The notes beneath the pieces were generated by a model. That model was not told the origin of the DNA. It ran no database searches and worked only from the letters and a program-made list of their open reading frames with translations. Positions 36,579 through 37,392 of a stretch of 37,392 nt of DNA are shown in pieces. Every line of letters starts with the position of its first letter. Within the stretch, counting starts at the first letter, position 1. A program made the position numbers and the translations under genes. This DNA is from Pseudomonadota bacterium (lineage in GTDB: Bacteria; Myxococcota_A; UBA796; SXON01): NCBI GenBank assembly GCA_043750895.1, contig JAYVAS010000633.1:1-37392 (forward strand), written 5' to 3'.

Positions 36579-36739
36579 CCCAGTCCTCCGCACCGCCGTC
36601 GACTATGAGCGGGTTGCCCCGATAGCAGGGGTCTCCGGGCGAGGCCACGAAAATCTCCTCGGGGGTCCAGGGTATGCTGGGGTCGCCAGAGTTGTCGGCG
36701 CCGCAGCCGCCCGAGATCTCGTACGGGCCAGCCGCGACC
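36544..36739 (-). pseudogene. Start-less C-terminal gene remnant cut by repeat copy 2
   Basis: The frame VAAGPYEISGGCGADNSGDPSIPW...PCYRGNPL...NPG* looks protein-like, but upstream it runs directly into the antisense of the repeat. Confidence 0.5.
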
Positions 36740-36857
36740 CCGGGGCGGCGCTCGGTGGTGGTGGTGGGCCTCGCGCTCGCGCAGGTGGTGCGGGAGGGCG
36801 GGCCGGCGGCGCGGGTGCGGGGGGTCTGGAGGTGGGTGAGGGGGTGAGGAGGGGGGT
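36740..36857 (+). repeat. Direct repeat copy 2 (displaced GT2 3' end)
   Basis: Encodes PGRRSVVVVGLALAQVVREGGPAARVRGVWRWVRG* versus PGWRSAVVVGLALAQVVREGGPAARVRGIWRGVRG* in copy 1. Confidence 0.95.
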
Positions 36858-36863
36858 TGGGCA

Positions 36864-37157
36864 TCACTCTTCGGCGCAGGTCACGTAGAAGGCCCCGTGC
36901 TCGTTCCAGGCGACGGTGCAGGTGTTGTCGCAGTAGGCCGGGTAGTAGAATACGCTGCTATTGGATCTCGATTCGCAAGTGGTCACCCCGATCTCGCCCG
37001 TGCAAGTCTCGGCTTCCGCGCAATAGTAGAGAAAGCCCTCGGGGCAGTCGCAGTGGTCCGCCGCCACCGGTCCGGTCGGGAGGTAGGGGGTGAGGCAAGG
37101 TCCGGGCTGGTCGCAGGCCGCAGCGAGGAGGAAAAGGACCGGGATGCGTTGGTTCAT
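36864..37157 (-). CDS. Small Cys-rich exported protein (paralog A)
   Basis: ATG 37157 (ATGA overlap); MNQRIPVLFLLAAA-C; 10 Cys in 97 aa. Confidence 0.75.
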   Translation of the reverse strand: MNQRIPVLFLLAAACDQPGPCLTPYLPTGPVAADHCDCPEGFLYYCAEAETCTGEIGVTTCESRSNSSVFYYPAYCDNTCTVAWNEHGAFYVTCAEE

Positions 37158-37392
37158 GGCCAGTACTCGTCGCATTGGACGGAGATCGTTCCGCCGTTTC
37201 CTACGTCGATGAAGCAATCCGAGCACTCCGTCTGGAAGAAGAGGGTGACAGCGACGGGATCCTCACACGTAAGCCCGCGGGACCCGTCACACCAGTCGGA
37301 ACCGCAATATAGAGGCACGCCATCCGGGCACTCGCAAGCGTCCACGATGGCTGACCCGGTGGGGTGGTATAGAACTTCAGGACACGCCCAAT
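37154..37392 (-). CDS. Small Cys-rich protein (paralog B), 5' end outside the window
   Basis: Frame open to the right edge: WACPEVLYHPTGSAIVDACECPDG...VQCDEYWP; Cys pattern matches paralog A. Confidence 0.75.
   Translation of the reverse strand, partial: WACPEVLYHPTGSAIVDACECPDGVPLYCGSDWCDGSRGLTCEDPVAVTLFFQTECSDCFIDVGNGGTISVQCDEYWP

Noticed and set aside
35453-36857. Prophage or integron att sites
   Set aside because: No integrase or tRNA in view, the repeats are diverged coding sequence, and I saw no attC-like inverted structure. An integrase beyond the window cannot be excluded.

Overview
High-GC, densely coding bacterial DNA, most likely from a Myxococcota-like organism. This is inferred from MYXO-CTERM-like tails, an Oar-type TonB-dependent receptor, an FHA-sigma54 activator and a kinase-STAND ATPase fusion. 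About 33 genes are supported; most long ORFs in the supplied track are antisense or off-frame shadows. Left to right: an envelope locus (partial sulfatase-like gene, matrixin-PKD protease and partner, divergent from an Oar-like receptor plus two lipoproteins); CCA-adding enzyme; Cys-less TlpA-like protein; pseudokinase-PP2C fusion; tgt; FHA-FHA sigma54 activator; radC; AlkZ-like glycosylase; lgt; FG-GAP/ASPIC lipoprotein; alpha/beta hydrolase; TolC; D-cysteine desulfhydrase-like enzyme; HEXXH protease; class II aldolase; kinase-STAND protein; a 4-gene methyltransferase/B12-radical SAM/CrtC-like/FAD oxidoreductase operon; a lipoprotein-GT2 pair; and a variable region of small exported proteins. 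The most notable signals are: (1) a consensus sigma54 promoter with two tandem perfect palindromes in front of an apparently leaderless radC, next to an FHA activator; (2) a 118-bp diverged duplicate of the GT2 3' end bracketing an inserted cassette of small exported proteins; (3) an aldolase with a microcompartment-type encapsulation peptide; (4) repeated ultra-short, uncharged signal peptides and leaderless starts. No rRNA, tRNA, CRISPR array, transposase or integrase was recognised. All calls are from reading motifs by eye; no searches were run.
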